A DNA stretch of 64,000 nucleotides from an uncultured bacterium (GCA_963845185.1 CAWJRG010000009.1:320001-384000), one strand, 5' to 3'. Positions 18,472-29,581 are shown, numbered from the stretch's first letter. Made by a program: numbers and translations. The notes: generated from the letters alone by a model not told the origin.

Positions 18472-20427
18472 ATGATTAAAATAAAAAATTTAAGTAAGAC
18501 TTATGCCACAGGATTAATAAAATTTAAGGCACTTGATAATGTATCGCTTACAATAGATGACGGCGAGTTTGTCGCAATAATGGGGCCCTCAGGTTCGGGC
18601 AAATCCACACTTTTACATCTTATGGGTTTCCTTGACTCGCCGGATTCAGGCTCATATATAATTGATGGAATTGAGACCTCGAAGCTCAAGGACGAGGAAT
18701 ACGCGGAAATGAGGAAAAACAAGATTGGTTTTGTTTTTCAGCAGTTTTTTCTGCTGCCGAGGGTAAATACGCTGGGTAATGTATCACTTCCTTTGATATA
18801 TTCGGGAAAGCCACCTGAGCAAACCCCGTCGCAACTCCTTGCGGAAGTTGGGCTTGCATCAAAAGAAAAGAACATGCCGAATGAACTTTCCGGCGGAGAG
18901 CGTCAGAGAGTTGCCGTAGCCAGGTCGCTGGTTAATGCGCCTGATATAATAATGGCTGACGAGCCGACGGGAAACCTTGACTCGAAGAGCCAGACCGAAA
19001 TAATGGAACTTCTCGTTGCTTTAAATAAAAAAGGCAAGACAGTAGTGGTGGTTACGCATGACGATGAAGTTTCTCAATATGCCAGGAGGATAATAAGGAT
19101 AAGGGACGGCAAAATAATATCCGATGAAAAGAAGAAAAACAAAACAGGAGAAAGCAAGGTAAAGCCGGTTCGGACGAAAAAAGAAATTGAGCATAATGTG
19201 GTTACGATGAACAGGATAGAATTTCTCGATTTTGTAAAGCAGGCGCTTGACGCCATGCTGGGCAATAAACTGCGCTCATTGTTATCAATGCTTGGAATCC
19301 TTATCGGTGTTGCCGCGGTCATAGCCATGCTTGCCCTCGGCGCAGGCGCAAAAGCCATGATAGAAAAGGCCCTGTCGTCACTTGGCTCAAACCTACTTAT
19401 GGTAATGCCAGGTGCGACCATGATGGGCGGAGTAAATACGGCAGCCGGTACAGTCACAAGGTTTACTGTCCTGGATGTAGAGGCTATTGCAAAACTTCCT
19501 GAAATTCAAGCTACATCAGGCAATGTCAACGGCAGGGTGCAGACAGTTTACGGGGCCAACAACTGGAACACGAGAGTACAGGGAGCAGGCGCCAATTACT
19601 TTACAATACATAATGCAATGCCGACATTTGGTGTTCCTTTCACAGATAATGACGTCAGGATGAGGGCAAGAGTGGCTGAAATAGGTACAACGGTAGCGAA
19701 CAACCTGTTTGGCGATTCAAACCCCATAGGGCAGACTATAAAGATAAACAAAATAGCTTTTAAAGTTATTGGCGTATTGCCGTCAAAAGGCTCGACAGGA
19801 TTTATGGACCAGGATGATATTATTGTAATACCGTTATTAACAGGCATGTACAGACTTTTAGGACAGGATTATGTCGGTACGATAGACTGCCAGGCAAAGG
19901 ATGCTTCGCTGACAACACCGGCAATTGCCAGTATAACAGCCCTGCTAAGGAAAAGGCACGGTATAACAAATCCAAGAGACACGAGTTTCCAGATAAGAAA
20001 TATGGCTGATATACAGGCGGCAATGTCGGCCTCGACTAATGCCATGACAATGCTTCTTGGGTTTATAGCAGCTATTTCGCTTATAGTCGGAGGCATAGGA
20101 ATAATGAATATAATGCTCGTATCTGTGACCGAGAGAACAAGGGAAATAGGCCTGCGGAAAGCCATAGGCGCGCGCAGGAGCGATATACTAACGCAGTTTA
20201 TAATTGAAGCAGTACTTATGACCGTAATAGGAGGCATAGGAGGCATTATACTAGGAGCAGGAGCGTCTCTGCTCCTTTCGGCAGTTGCACATTGGAATAC
20301 AATAATATCCGTATTTTCTATTTTTATTTCAACTTTCTTTTCGATTTTGATAGGATTGATTTTCGGTATATGGCCAGCGAGAATGGCAGCCAAGCTCAGC
20401 CCTATAGACGCACTAAGATACGAGTAA
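18472..20427 (+). CDS. macB: MacB-type fused ABC ATPase/permease
   Basis: GPSGSGKST, LSGGERQRVA, ADEPTGNLD, IGIMNIMLVSVTERTREIGLRKAIGA, PIDALRYE. Confidence 0.9.
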   Translation: MIKIKNLSKTYATGLIKFKALDNVSLTIDDGEFVAIMGPSGSGKSTLLHLMGFLDSPDSGSYIIDGIETSKLKDEEYAEMRKNKIGFVFQQFFLLPRVNTLGNVSLPLIYSGKPPEQTPSQLLAEVGLASKEKNMPNELSGGERQRVAVARSLVNAPDIIMADEPTGNLDSKSQTEIMELLVALNKKGKTVVVVTHDDEVSQYARRIIRIRDGKIISDEKKKNKTGESKVKPVRTKKEIEHNVVTMNRIEFLDFVKQALDAMLGNKLRSLLSMLGILIGVAAVIAMLALGAGAKAMIEKALSSLGSNLLMVMPGATMMGGVNTAAGTVTRFTVLDVEAIAKLPEIQATSGNVNGRVQTVYGANNWNTRVQGAGANYFTIHNAMPTFGVPFTDNDVRMRARVAEIGTTVANNLFGDSNPIGQTIKINKIAFKVIGVLPSKGSTGFMDQDDIIVIPLLTGMYRLLGQDYVGTIDCQAKDASLTTPAIASITALLRKRHGITNPRDTSFQIRNMADIQAAMSASTNAMTMLLGFIAAISLIVGGIGIMNIMLVSVTERTREIGLRKAIGARRSDILTQFIIEAVLMTVIGGIGGIILGAGASLLLSAVAHWNTIISVFSIFISTFFSILIGLIFGIWPARMAAKLSPIDALRYE

Positions 20428-20599
20428 CAATATATGGAAAAATAAAAGGCAGGAAAAATTCTTTTATCTACTATCCAATATCTAAATATCAAATATTGCA
20501 CCTCTTGACTGTCTATTTTTTTGGGGATATAATAAATGCAATCAAGTATTTAACATGTGAAATTTGGGACTTGAAATATCAAAAAATAAGGAGGAAAAA

Positions 20600-21625
20600 A
20601 TGGGCACTAAAAACATCGGGGAATTCCTATTAGGCTACCGTTTTAAACTAGTAGTTTATTTTATTTTGCTTTTATTATGTAGCAGCACAATGATAGTCTG
20701 TCAACAGGGTAACGAGGATGAAAAGACATTAATGAACCAAAGGATTGACAGCGTGGAAAACAAGGTAAATGCCGAAATCAAGCTTTTAAGATTGGAAGTT
20801 GCCAAGCTGGAAAAGGAAAAGCAATATTTGGAAAACGAAAAAGACGAAATAAGAAAAGAAAACGTCGAAGGCATAAGCAAAATACTGGCAAGCGCACAAA
20901 ACAACTCGTTTAAGCAAATACTTGCAATAATAATAGGCATTATTGCGACCGCATTTTTTGCGTATAAAATCAACGATAGCAAGATAAAGGAAGAAAAAAG
21001 GCTTCACCACCTTTCGAAAATCAAGAGATATCTTAGGAGCGCAGAAAACGACGAGGAATTTTTCAGGAACCCGCTTTACGAGGATCTGAGCAGCCATTTT
21101 AAGCCTCTTTATCAGGAAACGGAAAAATATAAGAAAATCTGGGATATAAAGAACAGTTTAATAAACAAATCAATTGAAGAGTTTTTAAGCTCGTTTAAGA
21201 AACGCGTGCCTTTTGAAATACAGATTGTCAAAAGCAATATTTATAATTTGTTTGGGAATCCGAATTTAAAGATTTTTACAATGCTGAAATACGATACGCA
21301 AAACGGCACAATAGGCGCGGCGGGCATGAACTATGTGGGCTTTTCAACCGGAAAACCGGAAAATTTTGTTTCGCTTGCAGATAAATTCACAGAGAAGATG
21401 CAAAAATGGAGGGATGGCAAAGACGCTATGGAAATAAAAAAATGCAATGCCGATTTATCCGAAATAAGCGCTGTTATCAAAAAGATACGCGACGAAGCCG
21501 ACAAATATGAAAACTTGCCAGGCAAATGTAAATTCATCAACAATATGAATAATACGAAGCAAAAATCCGGCTCATATGTTTATGGAATTTCAGACGAACG
21601 AAGAAAATTAGGGAAGAAGACATAA
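20600..21625 (+). CDS. Hypothetical membrane protein with coiled coil
   Basis: RBS aggagg; two hydrophobic segments flanking a coiled coil; no recognised family. Confidence 0.7.
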   Translation: MGTKNIGEFLLGYRFKLVVYFILLLLCSSTMIVCQQGNEDEKTLMNQRIDSVENKVNAEIKLLRLEVAKLEKEKQYLENEKDEIRKENVEGISKILASAQNNSFKQILAIIIGIIATAFFAYKINDSKIKEEKRLHHLSKIKRYLRSAENDEEFFRNPLYEDLSSHFKPLYQETEKYKKIWDIKNSLINKSIEEFLSSFKKRVPFEIQIVKSNIYNLFGNPNLKIFTMLKYDTQNGTIGAAGMNYVGFSTGKPENFVSLADKFTEKMQKWRDGKDAMEIKKCNADLSEISAVIKKIRDEADKYENLPGKCKFINNMNNTKQKSGSYVYGISDERRKLGKKT

Positions 21626-21658
21626 ACTTGGAGAGTTCGCGAGTTTTTATGTATACAA

Positions 21659-23647
21659 ATGAACCAAAATACTAAAAAATTACTAACTAGCTGCGGAGTT
21701 TTTTTTGTAGTATTTATTATTTTATGGCAGATATGCATACTAAAAGTCGCGCCATGCTTTAACGCAGACGACAGTCCTGAAACTACGGTCGCTTTTTCCA
21801 CGCTCGGCATCCAGCACCCGCCAGGATATCCCTTAAATACTTTAGTAGGCAAAATTTTTACTTTGATCCCGGTGGGTGATGTAATGTTCAGAAGCAATTT
21901 AATGTCAATGTTTTTCCTTTTTGCCGCATGCATATTTTTATTTTTTTTCCTTAAGAAAAATATCAATTTCGGAAGAAACAAGGAATTTGAAGATTACTTT
22001 TTTGCGTTTCTTGCGGTAGTTTTTTTTATATCTGGGCATACCACGTTTTTTCAGGCTACATTCGCAAAAGGCAGTATTTATTCAATGAATGCCTTTTTTG
22101 TAACAGCTATACTTTTTTTTGCCGCGGGTAAGGGAAATAATATAAAGAATTTCTATATTACGCTGTTCTTATACGGATTATCGCTTGGAAACCACTGGCA
22201 GAGCATGACCGTACTCTTTCCTGCGTTTTTAATATACCTGTTTTGGGGCGCAAAAAAACTACCTAATGGAGCACTTTTTACAGGGCTTGTTTTCTTTTTC
22301 TTTGGCGCTAGCATTTATATTTTTGCTGCAATAAGGAGCAATACTGCTCCTGTTTACGCGTGGGGTCATATAAAAAATGTTGATGATTTTATTTGGTTGG
22401 TAAGTAGAAGCCAGTATGCTGGGGCAGAAGGAAGACATTCTTTTAGCGACACAATTAATCTTTTACGATATTATTTTACAGAATTTATAGGTAGGGAATA
22501 TCCGCTTTTCGTGGCTGCTCTTTCAGTGCCAGGGATTTATTTTTTGCTTAAAAATTCAAAACGAGAATGCATGGTTTTTCTAACGGCATATTTATCAATT
22601 ATTGTATCTATTTTTATTTTTGCGACACCTCCGGAATCAATGACATGGCTAATAAAACCCTATCTTGTATCATCCAATATTTTTCTTTCTGTTTTTATGG
22701 CTGCGGGAATATGTTTCTTTATAAGAATGGCGACTAACATTAAAAGAATATTTGCGTACCCGATTATAGTAGTTTTTATTTTAACGATTTTTTGTATAGA
22801 AGCACCAAACAACTCGCACTATATGATAGGTTACGATTATTCCGAGAATATTATTAAATCAATGCATGAAAATTCCATTATTTTTGTGGAACAGGACATG
22901 AATATAGGGAGCGTGCTTTATCAAAGCTTTATAAAAAAAGAAAAAATTATCCCTGTAATACCTTCGGTGCTTGGTTCTAAATGGTACGGCGAACAATTGA
23001 AAAGAAATTTTGGGAGTTTTTTGTCATTCCCGGAACTGGGACGCGATGTAGGCGCTGACATTACCGGCATTATTAATGCGAATCCCAGTAAAGATTCATA
23101 CTATTCAATAGTTTATTCCAAGCAATGGAGAAATTTTCCGGTGAGGCAGAAAGGTATTGTTTATGAAATAAAAAATAATGGCAAAGTTGGATTGGCAGCG
23201 GATGAAGAAATTTTTAAATTATACAGTTTCAGGGGGCTGCTTGATGATAAAATCGAATACGACGAATTCACAAAATCCTACGCAGTTGAGAATTATGGTA
23301 TAAGTTTTTTTAACATGGGGGATTCTTACATGAATGCAGGGCAATACGATGAGGCTCTGCGATATTATAAAAAAGGGATTATTTTTTTAAAAAATGAAGG
23401 TGTTTTTATCAACATGGGCAGTATTTATTATAGAAAAAATAGTTTTTCGGAAGCCGAGGAGTGCTGGCAGGAAGCAATAAAGCTGGATAATAAATCGGTT
23501 TATGCATATGCGAATCTCGCATTACTGCATTTTAACCGGAATGATAAGGAGAAGGCTTACGAATACGTTCAAAAGGCTTTGATTTTGGACGGAAATAATG
23601 CAACTGCAATGCAGGTAAAGGGAATGCTTGAAAATCAGATGAAATAA
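21659..23647 (+). CDS. DUF2723 (TMEM260-like, GT-C fold) membrane glycosyltransferase with C-terminal TPRs
   Basis: DSPET...LGIQHPPGYPL..L.GKIF, LSLGNH, many TM helices, TPR tail. Confidence 0.85.
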   Translation: MNQNTKKLLTSCGVFFVVFIILWQICILKVAPCFNADDSPETTVAFSTLGIQHPPGYPLNTLVGKIFTLIPVGDVMFRSNLMSMFFLFAACIFLFFFLKKNINFGRNKEFEDYFFAFLAVVFFISGHTTFFQATFAKGSIYSMNAFFVTAILFFAAGKGNNIKNFYITLFLYGLSLGNHWQSMTVLFPAFLIYLFWGAKKLPNGALFTGLVFFFFGASIYIFAAIRSNTAPVYAWGHIKNVDDFIWLVSRSQYAGAEGRHSFSDTINLLRYYFTEFIGREYPLFVAALSVPGIYFLLKNSKRECMVFLTAYLSIIVSIFIFATPPESMTWLIKPYLVSSNIFLSVFMAAGICFFIRMATNIKRIFAYPIIVVFILTIFCIEAPNNSHYMIGYDYSENIIKSMHENSIIFVEQDMNIGSVLYQSFIKKEKIIPVIPSVLGSKWYGEQLKRNFGSFLSFPELGRDVGADITGIINANPSKDSYYSIVYSKQWRNFPVRQKGIVYEIKNNGKVGLAADEEIFKLYSFRGLLDDKIEYDEFTKSYAVENYGISFFNMGDSYMNAGQYDEALRYYKKGIIFLKNEGVFINMGSIYYRKNSFSEAEECWQEAIKLDNKSVYAYANLALLHFNRNDKEKAYEYVQKALILDGNNATAMQVKGMLENQMK

Positions 23648-23701
23648 TGGAACAGTTTGCATAAACGAAACACGCGGTAATGGATGCTTTTTGCCGGAGA
23701 C

Positions 23702-24079
23702 TTAATGCCTTTTTTTGAATTCTCTCTTTTTCTTTTCTTTTTCCTTTTTTTTCTGCGCTTCCTTAAGTTCAGATACCTTATCGATACAATCCTGGCATAA
23801 GGTGCCTTTTTTTACATCTTTTCCGCAAAGCCTGCATTTGAGGGCTTCGGGCGGGGCTGTCAATATCAGGCTGCCTTGCCTTACAAACCTGAGAATCTGC
23901 GTGGCTGATACGCCAGTGTGTTCGCTTACCTCGGTTATATTGGCAAGCGGGAAACTCCGTAGGTATTCAACGACTGTTTTTAAATCATCTTTTTCTTTGA
24001 TGGTGCAGTCGGGGCAGATATTGGTATTTTTGTCAGGAGCAAAAACATTGCCACACCTTATGCAATTCACGATTGGCAT
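23702..24079 (-). CDS. YvyF/TIGR03826-like zinc-finger protein
   Basis: NCIRCGNVF...ICPDC, V.EYLR, EVSEHTGV...ILRFVRQG.L, CRLCG...GTLCQDC. Confidence 0.8.
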   Translation of the reverse strand: MPIVNCIRCGNVFAPDKNTNICPDCTIKEKDDLKTVVEYLRSFPLANITEVSEHTGVSATQILRFVRQGSLILTAPPEALKCRLCGKDVKKGTLCQDCIDKVSELKEAQKKKEKEKKKREFKKRH

Positions 24080-24236
24080 AAATTCAACTCCAATATAATA
24101 ATTTATTTTATCTTTTATATTATACATTATTTTCATAAATATTAAAGTTTTAAAAGGGATTATTTGAGTTATTTAAAGTTTCGTTTTGATTTAGCCAAAC
24201 TTTGATAAACCAGCATAACTTTTTTTTAAATTAATA

Positions 24237-24265
24237 TTGCCCGTTTTAATATAGGTTGCTATAAT
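24237..24265 (+). promoter_or_regulatory. Sigma70-type promoter
   Basis: TTGCCC-17-TATAAT with TGn extension, upstream of aggagg and ATG 24295. Confidence 0.6.
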
Positions 24266-24294
24266 CAACTTATAAATTTTGCAGGAGGATTTAG

Positions 24295-25623
24295 ATGAAT
24301 TTTAAAAGATTGGTAGTATTTATACTTTCTATAGCCGTTATTATTTTGGCTTACGCTATTTATTATGAATATTTTTCAAAGCAATTCCCGTTGCCTTTCC
24401 GGTTTAATCTTAACGAAAAAAGCGCGGTGGGCACACCTGTTTCGCCACCTGACTCGAGAAAACTGGATTTAAACCCAGCTGCTGCTTATCTGTCAGACGC
24501 ATATCTTTCTAATAGCGAAGCTGTAATACTTGGCAGGAGTGAAAATGACAAGGTGATATGCCTTTTAACATTGGAAAATCTACCTAAAACCAGCATTTTA
24601 AACCCGGGGCTGATATTCGACAATAAGGCTTTTAATTGCGCTGTATTGTCACCAGACTTCAAAAAAGTGGCTTTTTCAGTAGCCGGGCAAAACAGCTGGG
24701 CAGGAGTATTGGATACGGCTACGAGCAGTCTGACAGGGCTGGTATATGTGGAAAACGGTAATATAGGAAAACTTTTATGGTCGCCTGACAACACCTATCT
24801 GGCAGCGTCGGTTTTTAACAACAACGGAACCCTGGTTATTAAAGTGGCGGATGTTGGAAACGCAAAGATTGTCACGGAGTTTGGCAGCGTGGATAAAAGG
24901 ATAAATGCGTATGAACCTCAATGGTCTCCGAGCGGCGTGAGAATTGCATACAAAATGAAGATAAAAAATACTGGACAAATAAAAGAGGCGGCTTATGATT
25001 TTTTGCCGGAAGGGGAGAAACCCGTAACTCAGACAGCCGGGGCAATTGATATCAAATATTTTCAAAAACAACTTGCCGGTATTGAGTATGAGTTAAATAA
25101 ATACGATGCTGAATTTATGAAAAAGGGAACGGAGAATCAAAAAGAGCTAAATACTATTATAAATAGGCTGTTGAAACTTCTTAAAAACAATATAGGCGAC
25201 GGATGCTGCAACCGCGTTAAAAATATATTAAATAAAAGAGACGATGATTACCCGGAACCGTACCAGGAAGGGATAAAATATTCGAGCGGTTATAAAGAAT
25301 TTACATATGAACGATTTATGGACATGATGAAAACAGGTGAACACCCTGCCGGTGGGGTGGGAGTTGAGACCACAATATCCGATGCCTGCGAAGGCCTTGG
25401 TGCGCTGAATAATAAAAAGGCCATACCCGCACTCAGACAAAGAGTTATTAAGGAACTTGATAAGTTGATATGGAATAATATAAGCGAAGAACAGGTAAAT
25501 TCAGAAGCAGGGGAGCCTGAGATGTTCAGTGTTTTAATAAGTGCGTCACGGGCACTTGTACGTCTAACCGATACCGATAAAAAATTAAGGTACAGACCGC
25601 ATTATTTTCACATGCAGTATTGA
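24295..25623 (+). CDS. Membrane-anchored protein with TolB/WD40-like partial propeller and helical C-terminus
   Basis: N-terminal TM; repeats LSPDFKKVAF, WSPDNTYLAA, WSPSGVRIAY; HEAT-like ACEGLGALNNKKAIPAL. Confidence 0.7.
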   Translation: MNFKRLVVFILSIAVIILAYAIYYEYFSKQFPLPFRFNLNEKSAVGTPVSPPDSRKLDLNPAAAYLSDAYLSNSEAVILGRSENDKVICLLTLENLPKTSILNPGLIFDNKAFNCAVLSPDFKKVAFSVAGQNSWAGVLDTATSSLTGLVYVENGNIGKLLWSPDNTYLAASVFNNNGTLVIKVADVGNAKIVTEFGSVDKRINAYEPQWSPSGVRIAYKMKIKNTGQIKEAAYDFLPEGEKPVTQTAGAIDIKYFQKQLAGIEYELNKYDAEFMKKGTENQKELNTIINRLLKLLKNNIGDGCCNRVKNILNKRDDDYPEPYQEGIKYSSGYKEFTYERFMDMMKTGEHPAGGVGVETTISDACEGLGALNNKKAIPALRQRVIKELDKLIWNNISEEQVNSEAGEPEMFSVLISASRALVRLTDTDKKLRYRPHYFHMQY

Positions 25624-25686
25624 AAAATTTTGGATGCCTGGCTATTATTGGGACAACTGCCAGGAAGCAAAGTGCGAAAGGATAAA

Positions 25687-27747
25687 ATGAAAATAATACT
25701 TGCAATCATATCGCTGGCGATATTCGGCATATTTTTAACCACAATACCTCCGACCGTTTATATCGGCGACAGCGGTGAAATATCCGCAGCTGCATATACG
25801 CTCGGAATAAGCCATCCTCCTGGATATCCGCTTTATATGCTACTGGGAAAAATAGCCTCGTTTGTCCCGGTAGGAGATATGGCATTTAGGATAAACATGC
25901 TTGCTGCATTCCTTGCAATAATGGTATTTCTGGCATTATACAAATCGGTTGTTTATGCAATAAAAATAACTTTCGAAGAAAGAGAAAACTCAAGCATAAG
26001 TCTTACGGCAATAGTAATTGCGTTGGTTTATATGTTTTCTTATATTTTTTGGTTTGAGGCCATAAACGCAAAAGGCGGCATTTATGTATTAACCATCCTC
26101 GCGGAGATTTTATGCATCTATTACTGTGTGAGGTTTACTTTTGAAAGGGGGAAAAAGCATCTTTATATTTCTGCATATATCGCGGGTTTGCTGCCGGCTT
26201 TACACCATACAACAGGTTTAATAACTTTTTTTGTTATTGTGGCATTAATAGTAAATTTTAAGGATATAAAAACACGTTCGAAATTAACAGCAATGGCCAT
26301 GTTTTTATTTTCATTTACAACCCCATATCTCTATCTATTTATAAGGGTAAAAGCAGCACCCGCGATATGTTGGGGAGATATAAATACCGCGGGCCAGGTA
26401 GTAAGTCATATTTTAAGAAGAGTATATTACAATTTCCCTTTTATAGCTTTTACCAGCGAGACGGAATTTTTTAAGCTAAAAAACTATATTTTGCAATACT
26501 GGGTAAGTTACAAATTTGCCTTTGTTTTTGTTTTAGTCGGATTGATCGTATTGTACAATAAAAAAAAGGGATTATTTTTTGCGGCTGGCTTGTTTATAGT
26601 CTTAAACATCCTTGCGCTTTTTTATTTTACTGGAAATTCTTTTTCACCTGCTTCTATTTATATGAATAGCGGGTTTTACCTTATAGTGGATATTATTACG
26701 TTAATAATAGCTGGCATGGGATTATACCGATTGGCAGGGTTTATAAGCGACAAAGCAGGCATAAAAATGATTTATTGTGTCATGGCTGCTCTGATATTGC
26801 CAGTTATTTTAATTTTTACATATTATGGCCCTGATAATCTATCCAGGAGATACCTTGCTTATGATTATGCAGAAAATATGTTAAGGACGCTGAACAGTAA
26901 GGACTTTTTATTTGCCGACGAAGATGAAGCTGTGTTTAATCTTCTTTATCTGCAGTATGTAAAGGGTTTATACAGGGACATAAAGACGTTTGACAGGCTG
27001 GGAAATTTTCTTGATACTTCAATCTATAAAGAAGCAAAGGACGCAAACATAAAAGTTGTTTACAGGCAGGGCAATCCTAACGAAGAAAAATATAATGCAA
27101 TAAAATTAAGGGCCACTGAAATGTTGGAACGTAAAACGGAGATGGAGATATATAATAATAATCCGGCTAGGTTGTTTTACGCCTCCTTTGACGAGTTCCA
27201 AAAAGAAAAAATGGAATCAAGGCCCTATGGAATAATTTTTAAGTTGTATAAAGAAAACGAAAAAATTACAGATACAAGCGCAATGATGAGGCTCTGCACA
27301 ATCAGAGATTATTATTACAACAAAGGTTACGATTTTTTCAGCAGGTCGCTTCTGGCACGATATTTTTTACAATATGCAAGGTATGCAGCTATCAAGAAAG
27401 ATGAAGAACGATTCCAGATATACCTGTCGAAAGTTGAAGAACTGGCGTATGATAGCCCGGTTATTTTGAATTTAATAAGCTCAATTTATTATTATGACTT
27501 GAAAGAATATCAGACCGCAATAGAATACATGGAAAGAATAATGAAAATTGATCCGTACGATTTTAAATCTCTGGAAGTGCTTATCAATATGTGCCTGTCT
27601 TATGCTCCGGAAAAAGCAATAGATTGGCTTAGATATTATTATTACAGGACAAATGACGAGGAAAAAAAGGATAAGATTTTGATTTTAATAAGCAAAGTCA
27701 GGGATGCCATTGCGAATAAAGCAAATACATCCAAAACAAATAAATAG
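25687..27747 (+). CDS. DUF2723 (TMEM260-like) membrane glycosyltransferase, second copy
   Basis: PTVYIGDSGEISAAAYTLGISHPPGYPLYMLLGK, many TM helices, TPR-like tail. Confidence 0.88.
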   Translation: MKIILAIISLAIFGIFLTTIPPTVYIGDSGEISAAAYTLGISHPPGYPLYMLLGKIASFVPVGDMAFRINMLAAFLAIMVFLALYKSVVYAIKITFEERENSSISLTAIVIALVYMFSYIFWFEAINAKGGIYVLTILAEILCIYYCVRFTFERGKKHLYISAYIAGLLPALHHTTGLITFFVIVALIVNFKDIKTRSKLTAMAMFLFSFTTPYLYLFIRVKAAPAICWGDINTAGQVVSHILRRVYYNFPFIAFTSETEFFKLKNYILQYWVSYKFAFVFVLVGLIVLYNKKKGLFFAAGLFIVLNILALFYFTGNSFSPASIYMNSGFYLIVDIITLIIAGMGLYRLAGFISDKAGIKMIYCVMAALILPVILIFTYYGPDNLSRRYLAYDYAENMLRTLNSKDFLFADEDEAVFNLLYLQYVKGLYRDIKTFDRLGNFLDTSIYKEAKDANIKVVYRQGNPNEEKYNAIKLRATEMLERKTEMEIYNNNPARLFYASFDEFQKEKMESRPYGIIFKLYKENEKITDTSAMMRLCTIRDYYYNKGYDFFSRSLLARYFLQYARYAAIKKDEERFQIYLSKVEELAYDSPVILNLISSIYYYDLKEYQTAIEYMERIMKIDPYDFKSLEVLINMCLSYAPEKAIDWLRYYYYRTNDEEKKDKILILISKVRDAIANKANTSKTNK

Positions 27748-27997
27748 CAGAAAGAATTAATGGTAAAAACCCAATGAAAGTTTTGATATAAGTATATATA
27801 TAATACCATTTTGGGGTAGTTTATATATTATATAACTTATAGAATCTACCCGTTAAATATTCTACTAGACTATTTTACTAGTCCGTCTATTATTTCTAGG
27901 CATGACGGCTTGGGCTGGGCGGTTGAAAGATAATATAATATTTTGTTGCTGTTTTCGGCTTGACAAAATAAATATATTCACGGAAAGCGAGACGAAT

Positions 27998-29486
27998 ATG
28001 AATGACGTGTTTTTAATCTTAGAGATATCAGCGCTTATAATTGTAAGCGTTTTGGCTAGCAAAGTATCCGATAAATTCGGAGTACCGGCCTTGCTTATTT
28101 TTCTTATTATTGGCATGCTTGCCGGCGCTGAAGGCCCGGGAAAAATATATTTTGCAAATGTAGTATTTGCAAAATCGCTTGGAATAATGGCGCTTGCCCT
28201 GATTCTTTTTTACGGCGGACTTGATACAGACCTTGTAAAGATAAAACCGGTTTTATTCAGAGGCATCAGTTTAGCTACGATAGGAGTACTTATAACCGCA
28301 GCAATACTTGCGATACTTTCAATGATTTTTCTTAAGTTTTCACTTGCGGAAGGTTTGCTTGTAGGCGCAATCGTTTCATCTACAGATGCAGCTGCTGTTT
28401 TTTCTGTTTTAAGATCAAGAAACGTAAATTTAAAAGGCAATATAAAACCGCTTTTGGAGCTTGAGTCAGGCATTAATGACCCGATGGCGGTTTTTTTGAC
28501 GGTTGGTATGGTAAGCCTTATTAAGTTTAAAGCCTCTATAATTGAACTTATTCCGGAATTTTTTCTTGAAATGACAATTGGAGTTATAATAGGGTATCTG
28601 GTAGCAAAAATAATGATTTATGTCATAAACAGAATAAAACTCAGAGCATGAAGGTTTATATCCGGTTTTAGCCATGGCTTTTGTTATTTTTGACTATTCC
28701 TTGGCGGCGGCTGTGCACGGTAATGGATTTCTTTCAGTTTATATTACAGGCCTGATAGTCGGCAATTCGGAATTTCTACATAAAAAAAGCCTTATACACT
28801 TTCATGCAGGGCTTGCATGGCTTATGCAAATATCAATGTTTTTAACCCTGGGTCTTTTGATTTCACCGGCTAAAATTGTCCCTGTAATTGGCGACGGGCT
28901 GCTGCTTTCCATATTGCTTATGTTTTTGGCAAGGCCCATAAGCATTTTTATCTGCCTTATTGGCTCTGGATTCAATTTCCGGGAGCAACTTATGATTGCG
29001 TGGGTAGGACTGCGCGGAGCAGTCCCGATTATTCTTGCCATATTCCCATTGATAGCAGGGGTGCCGAAAGCGGATGTGATATTTAATGTTGTTTTTTTTA
29101 TTGTGCTTTCTTCCGCATTGCTACAGGGCACTTCGATAACGGCTGTTTCAAAATTTCTCGGAGTTTACGAGCCAATGAAAAACAAGCCACGCTACCCAAT
29201 AGAATTCGAAAATATGCCCGGGATGAACGCGGAGTTAAACGAGGTTTTTATCCCGTTTGAGTCAAAAGTGGCCGGCATATCGCTTTTTGAAGTTGGCGTG
29301 CCGAAAGAAGCACTCGTTACTCTTGTTTCTCGTGAAGATAAATTTATAATACCTAACGGCTCAACAGTATTAGAAGGCGGGGATGTCCTTCTGGTATTGT
29401 CCAATAAGGACGATTTAAAAAAGCTGGAAAATAGAGTCAATAAGATAAAGTCTAAAAACAACGAAGAAAAAGGAAATGGGAATTAA
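27998..29486 (+). pseudogene. cvrA: K+/H+ antiporter CvrA/NhaP2, split by a frameshift near 28643
   Basis: GVPALLIFL, SSTDAAAVFSVLR, LELESGINDPMA; removing A28643 gives LEHEGLYPVLAM into the second ORF (WVGLRGAVPIILA, TrkA-C). May be a sequencing error. Confidence 0.82.
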
Positions 29487-29508
29487 CAAATTTTAAATCA
29501 AAAATTAA

Positions 29509-29537
29509 TTGACAAGTCATGTATTTTATGTTATAAG
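29509..29537 (+). promoter_or_regulatory. Sigma70-type promoter
   Basis: TTGACA-17-TATAAG with TGn extension. Confidence 0.65.
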
Positions 29538-29581
29538 TTCTGCTAATTTAAGTTGAACTTTTAAAGCAAGAGGTATAACTA

